64,000 bases of DNA from a virus. Lineage: Duplodnaviria; Caudoviricetes. The position numbers and the translations under genes are program-made. Position 1 is the stretch's first letter. Every line of letters starts with the position of its first letter. The stretch lies in IMG/VR virus record IMGVR_UViG_3300028833_000071; one strand, written 5' to 3'. The notes beneath the pieces were generated by a model. It searched no databases, was not told the DNA's origin, and was given only the letters and a program-made list of their open reading frames with translations. Shown piece by piece: positions 37,050 to 46,286 of the stretch.

Positions 37050-38714
37050 ATTTGCACCTTCAATCGGTATACCTTTTTTTAATTGATACATAACATCTTT
37101 TGTGACATTATTAACCAATTCAGTAAATGGGTCACCATTGCCTATTTTGCTTCCAAAAGGCTCTTCGTTGTGGACACTTTCGTCATTCCAGTCTCTACCC
37201 CATTGATTTTGGTCTTCACCTGTTGTAGGTAATTCCATGGGTTTTTTTCTGTAACCGGGGTGTTTTCCGAAAACATGTAATTCATCCTCATTAAGAAATT
37301 GATTAACAACCGATTCAACAATACGATTCATTTTTGCCCTTTTTGATTCCATCATTTGTTGTGGTATTTCACCGCATTCTTCAATTTCGTCAAAGCCTTC
37401 TTCACCATCATTTTCGTCAAAATCATCCTCTTCAAAATCTTCTTCCTCGAAATTTTCATCTTCATTATTATCAAGTTGTGCTTTCAAAGTTTCTATTTCG
37501 GCTTTCAAAGAATCAATTTCACTTCTTAAATCTTCATCTTCTGTTTCATTATCCATTTCAAGGTCGAAATCAGCATTGATTGAATCTTCATCTTCGGTAT
37601 CGAAATCGTCATTATTTAAATCGAAATCTTCTTCAGTTTCATCTTCGTCATTAAAGGTTTCATCTTCGCCGTCAAATTCAGCATCGACAGTATCTTCTTC
37701 TGTTGAATCTAATTCATCAGTGTTGTCACCATCAATGGTTTCTTCCTCATCATCAATTGAGAAAGTATCTTCCTCTTCCTCGTTTATTGAATTGTTAAAT
37801 GGGTCATTGTTGTGGTCAGTATCGGCTTCACCAACGCCAGCTGCATTTGGTAAACCTTCGTCCCATTCATTTGTCTCTTCGTTTACTGTTTCTTGGTCAT
37901 CCATGTCCCAACCAATTTGCTCTGGGTTTCTACCTTTATTTATTCCCTCAGTTCCCCAGTTTCTTGTATTTGGCAATAGTGGAGCATCACCGATATCACC
38001 GGCTTCTTCATTGCAATTTCCTTGGCATTCACATGGATTTTTACCGCATTTTCCACAGCAAGCGCCTTCATTCATTCTTTCAGTAAATGGATTACCTGTT
38101 TTGTCAGCGTGTGGTTTGTTACCATTAAAGCCTTTAACTTTATCTTGGTCAACAACTTTTGCGTCAGTTCCATCATTGATTGTATTTCCGTTTTTCTTTG
38201 GCGTTTCGGGATTTTTGCCGTCATATTTAACAACATTATTTTTATTTGAAGCACCAATTTCGTTTGCTTCGTTCATAATCATTGATGCATTGGACATAAT
38301 TTGTCTTTGACGTGCAATTTCATCTTTCATATTTTTAGTACATTCAACCAAATACTCTTCTTTTCTAAATGGGTCTAAAGTTGAAATATTTACAGTGCCA
38401 TTGTGTGCTTCATTAATCGAGGCCATTTTAAGTTCGAAATTCTTCAAAGCATTGGCATAACTTGTATATTCATAGTCACGTTTATTGCAAAAACCACCAA
38501 GATAGTCATATGCTTCAGCAACCATTTCTTTGTCTTTTGGTGCTGATTTAATGTAATACTTGCTGCATTCTTTTATAATACCATAACTTTTACCATCGGC
38601 TGCAATTGCATGATGTTCCAAAGTGTGAGCTTTAATATCATTGCTTTCGTTTAACTCTTTACCATAAGTGTAAAGGCCTTTCATTCTAGCAATCGTCTCT
38701 TCAAAATTTGACAT
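37032..38714 (-). CDS. Acidic prohead core/internal protein
   Basis: 560 aa with a long D/E tract and many xNE sites; late motif at 38757-38765; ends on an A9 run (KKKVD*). Confidence 0.7.
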   Translation of the reverse strand: MSNFEETIARMKGLYTYGKELNESNDIKAHTLEHHAIAADGKSYGIIKECSKYYIKSAPKDKEMVAEAYDYLGGFCNKRDYEYTSYANALKNFELKMASINEAHNGTVNISTLDPFRKEEYLVECTKNMKDEIARQRQIMSNASMIMNEANEIGASNKNNVVKYDGKNPETPKKNGNTINDGTDAKVVDQDKVKGFNGNKPHADKTGNPFTERMNEGACCGKCGKNPCECQGNCNEEAGDIGDAPLLPNTRNWGTEGINKGRNPEQIGWDMDDQETVNEETNEWDEGLPNAAGVGEADTDHNNDPFNNSINEEEEDTFSIDDEEETIDGDNTDELDSTEEDTVDAEFDGEDETFNDEDETEEDFDLNNDDFDTEDEDSINADFDLEMDNETEDEDLRSEIDSLKAEIETLKAQLDNNEDENFEEEDFEEDDFDENDGEEGFDEIEECGEIPQQMMESKRAKMNRIVESVVNQFLNEDELHVFGKHPGYRKKPMELPTTGEDQNQWGRDWNDESVHNEEPFGSKIGNGDPFTELVNNVTKDVMYQLKKGIPIEGANKKKVD

Positions 38715-38781
38715 ATTATTTCTTCTTTTTACTTATTATTTTCTTTTTTTTTTCTTATAAATAGCATTAAAAATAAAAAAA

Positions 38782-40371
38782 TTAAGGTAAACTGTTTAAA
38801 TTATCATATGTTTTGGAATTTAATTGCCATAATTTATCCAAATATCCAAGTCTGCGCAATGATTTATAGATTATATTACCATTTGATATTTCAGATTTAC
38901 CTTTATTTAATCCGCTTTTTCTTTCATTTTTGATAACATCCCATAATTTATCTGCTTTATCGGCAATAATTTCAATTTTATGGTTATCGTTTTTATATCT
39001 ATTATATAAATCAATAAGTTCATCAATATTATCAATATATTTTGCAACTTTTGATTTAATTAAATGTTTGTTTACTTTTGATTTTGCTAATTTATCTCTT
39101 TTTGGCTCAGTAAGCCATTCGTTTTTATCCAACGAATAAACACCGCTTGAGGCATGTGCTTCATTTGTGTCTTGCACATAAACTTCAACTGGGAAACCAT
39201 ATATATTCAAATCTTTATGCTCTTCATTCCAAATATTTTTTAATGAATCAAAGTATTTTTTAACAAATTCCGTTTTTTCATCAACTTTGGAATAATCAAT
39301 CAAAACATGTAAATCAATGTCTGAATATTTTTTATGCCAATTATAATTAGCCAAAGAGCCTGTGATTATAACATCATCAGGTTCAACCCAGTCAACGCCC
39401 AAGAAATCAATAAAATCATCGGCAATATCCATGAGTTTCAATCTAATTCTTGAATCAAGCAAATTGTTTTTCCAAAATTTAGGATTAAGTTCATGTTTTA
39501 TATTAAATGAGGATAAATCAACATCCTCAGGGTCTGTTTCGTCTATTATATTTGTTTCTTTTATGGCCTGTTCATTTAGCGTAAATTTTACTGTGCCATA
39601 ATATTTACCACATTTTGAACATTTATAAACAGGCTCACCACAGATATAAGTTCCTATTTTTCCACCACAATCGCAATAATCGGGGACAATTTCACCTTCT
39701 TCATTTTCTATTTCTTTGTTTTTTGATTCTTGCAATACATCTTTGTCTTTTGAATTTTCGTATTCGGTCCATTTTCTGAAATAGATATTACCTTTAAGAT
39801 ATGCCTCTGCTTCAATTTTCTCAAGTTCTTTATTATCTTTAACATCATCTTCTGAAGTAAAATTAAGATTTATACCTTCCAAATTTTGCATGTGGTGAAT
39901 CATTTCATGGGCAAATGAGCGTAAAATATCTTTAATATGTCTGTCATTGCAGAATATGGTGACTGATTTTTCTTCGGGTGAATAAAAGCCTGTGCGTATA
40001 AATAATCCTTCTTGTTCAGACCAATCAAGATTTAAATCCGGATAAGGGAAAACATTAAGCCCATCTTCTTTCATAAAATTCTCAATTTCATGGCAGTATT
40101 TTCTAATATCTTTTTCACTGTCTTTGTTATTTTCATTAATATGATAATAGGGGTTTAAATCCATGGATTTTTCAGGACCAAGCATAAAAGTATCAGAATT
40201 ATCAGATTCAGTGTTTTCTTCCATAGCACCACAACCTGTTATAGCGTCCATTATTCCTGCATTCACTTTTTTATGAACTTGGTCTTGCGCTGCGGGTATT
40301 TTTTTTTCAGACAACCTTTCAAAATCTTTGATTTTACCTATTTGCTCTTCTGTTATATATATCGTTTTCAT
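38782..40371 (-). CDS. Multidomain protein: leader, HExxH peptidase, Zn ribbon, Pol-beta-superfamily nucleotidyltransferase
   Basis: MKTIYITEEQI leader, FAHEMIHH, CDCGG...CSKCG, ITGSLANYNW...SDIDLH (GS and DxD motifs). Confidence 0.75.
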   Translation of the reverse strand: MKTIYITEEQIGKIKDFERLSEKKIPAAQDQVHKKVNAGIMDAITGCGAMEENTESDNSDTFMLGPEKSMDLNPYYHINENNKDSEKDIRKYCHEIENFMKEDGLNVFPYPDLNLDWSEQEGLFIRTGFYSPEEKSVTIFCNDRHIKDILRSFAHEMIHHMQNLEGINLNFTSEDDVKDNKELEKIEAEAYLKGNIYFRKWTEYENSKDKDVLQESKNKEIENEEGEIVPDYCDCGGKIGTYICGEPVYKCSKCGKYYGTVKFTLNEQAIKETNIIDETDPEDVDLSSFNIKHELNPKFWKNNLLDSRIRLKLMDIADDFIDFLGVDWVEPDDVIITGSLANYNWHKKYSDIDLHVLIDYSKVDEKTEFVKKYFDSLKNIWNEEHKDLNIYGFPVEVYVQDTNEAHASSGVYSLDKNEWLTEPKRDKLAKSKVNKHLIKSKVAKYIDNIDELIDLYNRYKNDNHKIEIIADKADKLWDVIKNERKSGLNKGKSEISNGNIIYKSLRRLGYLDKLWQLNSKTYDNLNSLP

Positions 40372-40475
40372 TATTTAAAAAGAAATTATCATTTATAAAT
40401 AGAATGGTTCAAAAAAAAAGTCAGCCATTTCTGACTGACTTTATACTTTAACACTTACTTTATTTAACATTCGGT

Positions 40476-40700
40476 TTAGCCGTTATTTTCGACCTTTTCT
40501 TCTTGCAATGCAACAACATCAATAACTTCTAAAGCATCACTACCTTTAGCATTAAAACCGAAGCATTTGACATTGACATCACTTGTGCCAGTGGTTTTTA
40601 CACCTTCAATTTCCATCAATTTAGGCATAAGGCCGTCAAATTTAGTACCTTCAATAAAATCGTATTGATTTAATTCATGATTTATAGGATAATTTTCCAT
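40476..40700 (-). CDS. Small late protein next to an IS right-end relic
   Basis: 74-aa ORF; late motif at 40733-40741. Confidence 0.65.
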   Translation of the reverse strand: MENYPINHELNQYDFIEGTKFDGLMPKLMEIEGVKTTGTSDVNVKCFGFNAKGSDALEVIDVVALQEEKVENNG

Positions 40701-40731
40701 TTCTGATATTTTTTTATTGTTATTATTTAAT

Positions 40732-40789
40732 AATAAATAGTTTGGAAAAACAAAAAAAAGTCAGTTTTTATTTAACTGACTTTGTGTTA
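40732..40789 (-). mobile_element. Truncated IS1595-like right-end relic
   Basis: AATAAATAGTTTGGAAAAACAAAAAAAAGTCAG...ACTGACTTTGTG closely matches 15481-15534; outer TIR missing. Confidence 0.6.
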
Positions 40790-40810
40790 TTTACCTTAAA
40801 AACTTAAAAA

Positions 40811-41527
40811 TCATTTCAATAAATATCTTCTTAAAATATTAGACCCTGTTCCTGATATTTTGGTATTGTCTCTTACAAAAGCAATATCTTTAGAAGAAGC
40901 CATTGTCATTGCAGCATCACGTTCTTCATCGCTTGTAAAGCCACCTTTAGTTTTCGTTATTTTTTCATTTTTATTTCTTGGGGTTTCAAACATATGATAA
41001 ACGGTTATCCTATCAGGGTCAATCAATAAAGAATCAATTAAATAATTTTGGGTCATAATATCAACGCCATGGTAATCACCAATAACAAATTTTGCCTCAG
41101 GATTTTCATATAAAGCGTAATCAATGGCTAATTTATAGTTCATTTCAAATTCTTCTTCGGTTATATCTCTATGGCCAGATATAAAATAGGTGTTGGCTAT
41201 GTCACAATCGTCTTCAATAAATTTATCAAATTCGGCTTTTAATGCATTCATATCAGCTTCACCTATTTTTTCATAATCATATTTTCCCTTGATTACTTTA
41301 TTTAATGTTTTGCCGACAGAAGCCTCTGTGCCACCGTTTATTAAAATCAAATAATCTTCAAATCTAACACCTTTATATATATACTTTTGTCCATTTTTGA
41401 AAACAATGAACAAATTTCCGCTATTTTCATTTTCATTTTCAACCATTTCGCTGTAATAAATCATTGAAGAATCATACCAAATTTTTTGGGTTTTTGTTTT
41501 TTCGTCATAAATCTTTTTAAGTATCAT
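40811..41527 (-). CDS. KTSC-like domain fused to SLOG-superfamily domain
   Basis: DSSMI...LFIVFKNGQKYIY..V...SVG...I.GKY.YEK (KTSC-like); YFISGHRD, VIGDYHGVD, ERDAAM, SGT (SLOG-like). Confidence 0.6.
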   Translation of the reverse strand: MILKKIYDEKTKTQKIWYDSSMIYYSEMVENENENSGNLFIVFKNGQKYIYKGVRFEDYLILINGGTEASVGKTLNKVIKGKYDYEKIGEADMNALKAEFDKFIEDDCDIANTYFISGHRDITEEEFEMNYKLAIDYALYENPEAKFVIGDYHGVDIMTQNYLIDSLLIDPDRITVYHMFETPRNKNEKITKTKGGFTSDEERDAAMTMASSKDIAFVRDNTKISGTGSNILRRYLLK

Positions 41528-41649
41528 GTTCTAATTTTTAAATAAAAATAACTTTTTCTATAAAAAAGTCAAAAGATTTGTTTCATATTTTTTCTTTTTG
41601 TATGTTAGGGATAACGAATTTATAATTTAACATATATCAAATTTAGAAT

Positions 41650-44244
41650 ATGAACAATAACAATGACCAAACATTTGACATTATGAATGATATTAATATG
41701 TCAAATGAACTTGAAGGACTTTTTAATTTCATTGTTGAAGATTTGTCAAAAGAATTGCCGACTTTAACAATAGATTTGAATTATTTTATGCTTGGCGCAT
41801 TAATTGAAAAGAACAACAACTTATATAAACGTCTTGAAATGTGTATGATGACAAGCACATTGGGCGCAATTTACAATAGTTTTTATCAGGTTGTAAGTTC
41901 TAAAGCATTAAGTGCGGTAAAGGCCAATAGAAAGGTAAGTTTTGATACCAAGGTGATTGAAACGTTTAAAAAGGCTGAAGAGATTGCAAAAGAATTGGAA
42001 AGCGAGGAAACAACCTCGGAACATGTGTTTCTTGCAATTTTAAACGATACTGATGATACAAATAAAATAAGAAAAGTATTTAATAAAGCTGGCTTGACTT
42101 ATGGCGTTTTCAAAGATAAACTTCAAGACAATCTTATTTCATTCAATGGAGATGGTGAAATGGAAAGTTCTGTCTTGGATGGAATGAGTGTTAAATTTAT
42201 TACGGCGAGAACACCGGAAGAGGCAATAAAGAAAATGAAAGACATGAAAGAAAAGGAAGAAGGAGAAATAAATTTGAATTCAGATTTAAAATTAAATAAG
42301 TCAAAAAAATCCAATTCCAAAACACCATATATTGACACATATTGTGTTGATTTAAATGCACTTGCTGAAAATGGTAAAATGGAACCAATAATAGGCCGTG
42401 AAAAAGAAATAACTGAAATTATTAGAATTCTTGGGCGAAAGAATAAGAACAATACAATTTTGGTCGGTGGAGAGGGTGTTGGTAAAACTGCTATTGGTGA
42501 AAATATAGCATATAAAATAGTAAACGGTGACGTGCCTGAATTTTTACTTAATAAAAGGCTCGTTTCACTTGATATGACAGCTATGATGGCAGGTACAACG
42601 CTTAGAGGTATGTTTGAAGAACGTGTTAAGGGCGTGATGGATGAAATAAAGAAGAATAAAAACTTTATCCTTTTCATGGATAATATAGGGGCAATTTTGG
42701 CTGATAAGGGGCGTAATGATTTCGAGTTTTCTTCCATGTTGTCACGAGGTCTCGAAACAGGCGATATTCAAGTAATTGGTACTTCTGATTTTGCTTCCTA
42801 TAGAAAAACATTTGATAAAGACCCAAGTTTGGCGAGACGTTTTCAAAAGATAATTGTCGAAGCACCTAATGTTGAAGAAACTGTTAAGATATTGAATGGT
42901 ATTAAATCTTCATATGAAGAGTATCATAAAGTTGAATATAATGAGGAGGTAATCAAGACATGCGTTAAACTTGCCGACAAATATATTTCAGAAAGAAATT
43001 TGCCTGATTCGGCTATTGATGTTTTGGATGAAATTGGTTCTTTAATTAGTACTTCTAATGAGCCCGAAATATTAAAGGAATTAAAGAAAGACATTAATAC
43101 TCTTGAAAATAAGTTAGAAGTCGCAAAAAGAGAAAAAGACTACGAAAATGTAGACGAAATATCAAAACAAATCATTTCATTAAAGCAGCAATATAATGAT
43201 GAAAAAGATGGTTATGAAAAAAATAGGACCGAAAATCACATACCTGTGACTGTTGATGATATACTTAATCTAATATCTACAAAAACAGGCATTCCAGTAA
43301 GTAATTTGAATTCTGATGATAAGAAAAAATTGTCAGGAATTAATGATAGGCTTAAGGAAAGTGTTATTGGACAAGATGAAGCAATTGATACTGTCTGTAA
43401 GGCATTGAAACGTAATAGAATTGGACTTAGCAATAACGGTTGTATGTATAGTTATATGGCAATCGGTAAAACAGGTACAGGTAAGACTTTATTGGCGAAA
43501 AAACTTGCTAAAGAACTCTTTGGTGACGAAAAGGCCCTTGTGAGGTTTGATATGTCTGAATATTCAGATAAGGTGTCAGTAAATAAACTCATTGGTTCAA
43601 ATCCTGGCTATGTTGGCTATGAAGAGGGTGGACAATTGACTGAAACCATTAAGAACAAGAAACATTGTGTTCTTTTGCTTGATGAAATTGAAAAAGCAGA
43701 CCCTGAGGTTTACAATATTTTCTTACAGGTTCTTGATGAAGGTTTCTTAACTGATAATTCAGGACAACGTGTGGATTTCAAGAATGTTATAGTTGTTTTT
43801 ACTTCTAATGTGGGTGCAAAGGCAGCTAGTGAATTTGGAAAAGGAATCGGTTTTGCTAACGATGAGGAAGAAAATACAAAGAGAATTCTATTGAAGCAAC
43901 TTAAAAACAGATTTCCACCTGAATTTTTAAATCGTATCAATGATGTTATCTATTTTAACACGTTGAATGACAATGACCTTAATTCAATTATTAAGATTGA
44001 AATCAATAAACTTGAAAACAGATTAAATGGAATGGGATATTCCATGGAATATGACAATGATGTTGTCCAATATATACTTAAAGAAATACAAGAGGAAAAA
44101 GATTTTGGTGCAAGGCCAATCATAAGATGTATCCAAGAGAATATAGAAGACAAATTAACCGACAAATTGCTTGAAAACGATTATGAAAAGGGGTATGTGT
44201 TTAAGGTTTCATGTCCCGCATTAAGTGTGGTAACTGTTGCATAA
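41650..44244 (+). CDS. clpC: ClpC/ClpB-family AAA+ unfoldase
   Basis: Two NBDs (GEGVGKT and GKTGTGKT), RFDMSEY, PGYVGYEEGG, LLDEIEKA, GIGF ClpP-docking loop, PEFLNR, GARP. Confidence 0.88.
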   Translation: MNNNNDQTFDIMNDINMSNELEGLFNFIVEDLSKELPTLTIDLNYFMLGALIEKNNNLYKRLEMCMMTSTLGAIYNSFYQVVSSKALSAVKANRKVSFDTKVIETFKKAEEIAKELESEETTSEHVFLAILNDTDDTNKIRKVFNKAGLTYGVFKDKLQDNLISFNGDGEMESSVLDGMSVKFITARTPEEAIKKMKDMKEKEEGEINLNSDLKLNKSKKSNSKTPYIDTYCVDLNALAENGKMEPIIGREKEITEIIRILGRKNKNNTILVGGEGVGKTAIGENIAYKIVNGDVPEFLLNKRLVSLDMTAMMAGTTLRGMFEERVKGVMDEIKKNKNFILFMDNIGAILADKGRNDFEFSSMLSRGLETGDIQVIGTSDFASYRKTFDKDPSLARRFQKIIVEAPNVEETVKILNGIKSSYEEYHKVEYNEEVIKTCVKLADKYISERNLPDSAIDVLDEIGSLISTSNEPEILKELKKDINTLENKLEVAKREKDYENVDEISKQIISLKQQYNDEKDGYEKNRTENHIPVTVDDILNLISTKTGIPVSNLNSDDKKKLSGINDRLKESVIGQDEAIDTVCKALKRNRIGLSNNGCMYSYMAIGKTGTGKTLLAKKLAKELFGDEKALVRFDMSEYSDKVSVNKLIGSNPGYVGYEEGGQLTETIKNKKHCVLLLDEIEKADPEVYNIFLQVLDEGFLTDNSGQRVDFKNVIVVFTSNVGAKAASEFGKGIGFANDEEENTKRILLKQLKNRFPPEFLNRINDVIYFNTLNDNDLNSIIKIEINKLENRLNGMGYSMEYDNDVVQYILKEIQEEKDFGARPIIRCIQENIEDKLTDKLLENDYEKGYVFKVSCPALSVVTVA

Positions 44245-44245
44245 T

Positions 44246-44276
44246 AAAAAAGCCCGATTTATTTCGGGCTTTTTTT
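44246..44276. terminator. Bidirectional intrinsic terminator
   Basis: AAAAAAGCCCGA-loop-TCGGGCTTTTTT. Confidence 0.85.
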
Positions 44277-44544
44277 ATACATTTGTAAATCCATATTTTT
44301 CAAGAACATCTATCAATTCTAAACATAAGTCTTCTTGCATTTGTGAATTGGCATAGGCTTCTATTTTATATATTTTGTTTGTTATTCCTTGAATGTGTTT
44401 ATTAAAGGCTTCATTACTAAATGTCCCATTAACGCCAAAATCCGTTTTACGAAAGCCGCCTTCTTTCAAAACTCTTTTTACTGACTCAGATACAATTTTA
44501 TTTAATTGGTTTTCGTTGATTTTAATAACTTGTTTCTTGTTCAT
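44275..44544 (-). CDS. Small leader-bearing putative virion cargo protein (relic IS passenger)
   Basis: MNKKQVIKINENQLNKIVSESVKRVLKE; late motif at 44574-44582. Confidence 0.8.
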   Translation of the reverse strand: MNKKQVIKINENQLNKIVSESVKRVLKEGGFRKTDFGVNGTFSNEAFNKHIQGITNKIYKIEAYANSQMQEDLCLELIDVLEKYGFTNV

Positions 44545-44573
44545 ATTTTAAACATTATTTATCTTATTTTTAT

Positions 44574-44644
44574 ATAAATAGTCAAAAAAGCAAAAAGGTC
44601 AGTCTTCATCGGACTAAATTCATGCTATTGGGCACATAGTTTCC
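44574..44644 (-). mobile_element. Degenerate IS1595-like right end
   Basis: 44611-44644 matches 15521-15554 at 23/34 positions (mostly transitions); same promoter-hairpin-TIR order. Confidence 0.6.
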
Positions 44645-45237
44645 TTTATGTTTTTGCCTTCTTCTAATTTTTTCTTTTGAATTTCAATATATTCAGAAAA
44701 AGGCTTTCTTTGTTTATTTCCTCTATAAAGCCATTTTTTGAATAATCGTAATGAAACTCCTGTTATTGCTCTAAATCCTTTCCATCCTTTGCTATAGTTT
44801 GCAAGATATGCTTTTTTGGCTTCTTTTTTTGAGTTAAACCCAATCATGACCTTACTTTCATCGAATTCGTCTTCCTTGTTATTTTGGTCAATAACATATA
44901 CTTTATCGAAATCATCCGTATGTGGACCGATAAAAACATCAACGGCATCACCATCTTTGCCATTACCTGTCGTATTAGTGAAATAGCCATAATGGTTTTT
45001 CATAATTACAAAACCTTCTGTACCATCGTCATTTTTATATTTTCTTTTTGAGCCTTTTGGATTTTCGATTGAAATAGGCATACCTTTTACATAAAAATGG
45101 CCCATACGGTAATTTCCCGCTTTTTTTTGTGCTTCAGTGGGCGTAGTATTAACATTTTCACATTTCGCATTAATTTCTTTTGAGGAAATTTCGGAAATTA
45201 GATGTTTTATTTGATTTTCTGTTAATATGACTTTCAT
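44620..45237 (-). CDS. Inorganic pyrophosphatase-like (InPase, polyvalent-protein type) domain with leader
   Basis: PTEAQKKAGNY..GH, ISIENPKGS.R, HYGY, DGDAVDVFIGP, FDESKVMIGF, AYLANY..GW. Confidence 0.75.
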   Translation of the reverse strand: MKVILTENQIKHLISEISSKEINAKCENVNTTPTEAQKKAGNYRMGHFYVKGMPISIENPKGSKRKYKNDDGTEGFVIMKNHYGYFTNTTGNGKDGDAVDVFIGPHTDDFDKVYVIDQNNKEDEFDESKVMIGFNSKKEAKKAYLANYSKGWKGFRAITGVSLRLFKKWLYRGNKQRKPFSEYIEIQKKKLEEGKNIKETMCPIA

Positions 45238-45238
45238 G

Positions 45239-46249
45239 CTATTTCAAAAAGTTAATATCAAGTGTTCCATGTACACCTATTTTATTATTTAGCCAAGCGT
45301 TCATTACTTTTCCCAAGAATAAATCACGCTCGGTTTTATCCAGAAACATTTTTTGAAATGTATCAATAAGATAATCTTTTAAATCATCAGTATACATGTA
45401 TTTTAAAACATTATCACCGTCCATCATACTGACAATTTTAATCTTTTTCTTTTTGCCGCCTTCTAATGTGGTATAATCATATTTCCTAAAGTTATTGTCA
45501 AGATGTTTTTTAACTATCAAAACCTTTTCGGGGTCAATACAATATGGCTTGTTGACTTTTTTATCAACAGGCATTTGTGTTTTTTGAATATAATCTTCTC
45601 TTAAAAGTTTAATTAATTTTTGTTCTTGTTTTTCTGACAATATAATTTTTTTACTTTCGTTAACTTGTTGTTGTGGCGTTTGCCCTTGTTTTGCTTGTTG
45701 CAATTTTGTCAGCCTTTCTCTTAATTGTTGTAATTCAGCAAACATTTTTTGCGTTTTTTCTCCAAATTCTTTATCATTTAAAATATGTTCACCTTGATTG
45801 GTTTCATCATCTAAAATATCAGGTATTTCTTCACCATTTATTAAAACATCACTATCACTTTTATCATTCTTTTCCGATATTTTCCATCCGTCCTGATTTA
45901 TTCTAGCGGCTATTTGATTAAATTCTTTTCCATGTTCAGGTAATATATGTAATATCAAAACACAGTATTCATGTATCATTTCATGGAGTAAACTATTTTG
46001 GAATGACCATTCGGTCCTATAATAGCCTTTATTAAATGCTAATTCGCCTGAATCATTGGCCTTTATTATCTGTTTTCCTTTATATTGTGCAGTATTATTG
46101 CGATAAACGGCCCAATTTTCAGGTTGACAATTATAACTGAATTTTGGCGTTGGTAAACTTTCGTTAAAATATTTTTTGTTAAAATAATTGAAGTTATTTA
46201 CCATCCACTCTTTATCGGGCACCATTTTATTTTTATCGTATTCTTTCAT
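45239..46249 (-). CDS. SprT-like zinc metalloprotease-domain protein
   Basis: FN.KYF...LP.P, LLHEMIH, HGKEF; internal leader-like KIILSEKQ; late motif at 46268-46276. Confidence 0.75.
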   Translation of the reverse strand: MKEYDKNKMVPDKEWMVNNFNYFNKKYFNESLPTPKFSYNCQPENWAVYRNNTAQYKGKQIIKANDSGELAFNKGYYRTEWSFQNSLLHEMIHEYCVLILHILPEHGKEFNQIAARINQDGWKISEKNDKSDSDVLINGEEIPDILDDETNQGEHILNDKEFGEKTQKMFAELQQLRERLTKLQQAKQGQTPQQQVNESKKIILSEKQEQKLIKLLREDYIQKTQMPVDKKVNKPYCIDPEKVLIVKKHLDNNFRKYDYTTLEGGKKKKIKIVSMMDGDNVLKYMYTDDLKDYLIDTFQKMFLDKTERDLFLGKVMNAWLNNKIGVHGTLDINFLK

Positions 46250-46286
46250 TTTTAAAGTTTATATCATATAAATAGTTTATACTTAT

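Noticed and set aside
37576-38310. 244-aa Ser-rich plus-strand ORF
   Set aside because: Antisense shadow of the Asp/Glu-rich core gene (GAA/GAT codons read TTC/ATC on the other strand).
42123-42737. 204-aa minus-strand ORF inside clpC and similar antisense ORFs across the window
   Set aside because: They fully overlap well-supported genes on the opposite strand and have no motifs or promoter.
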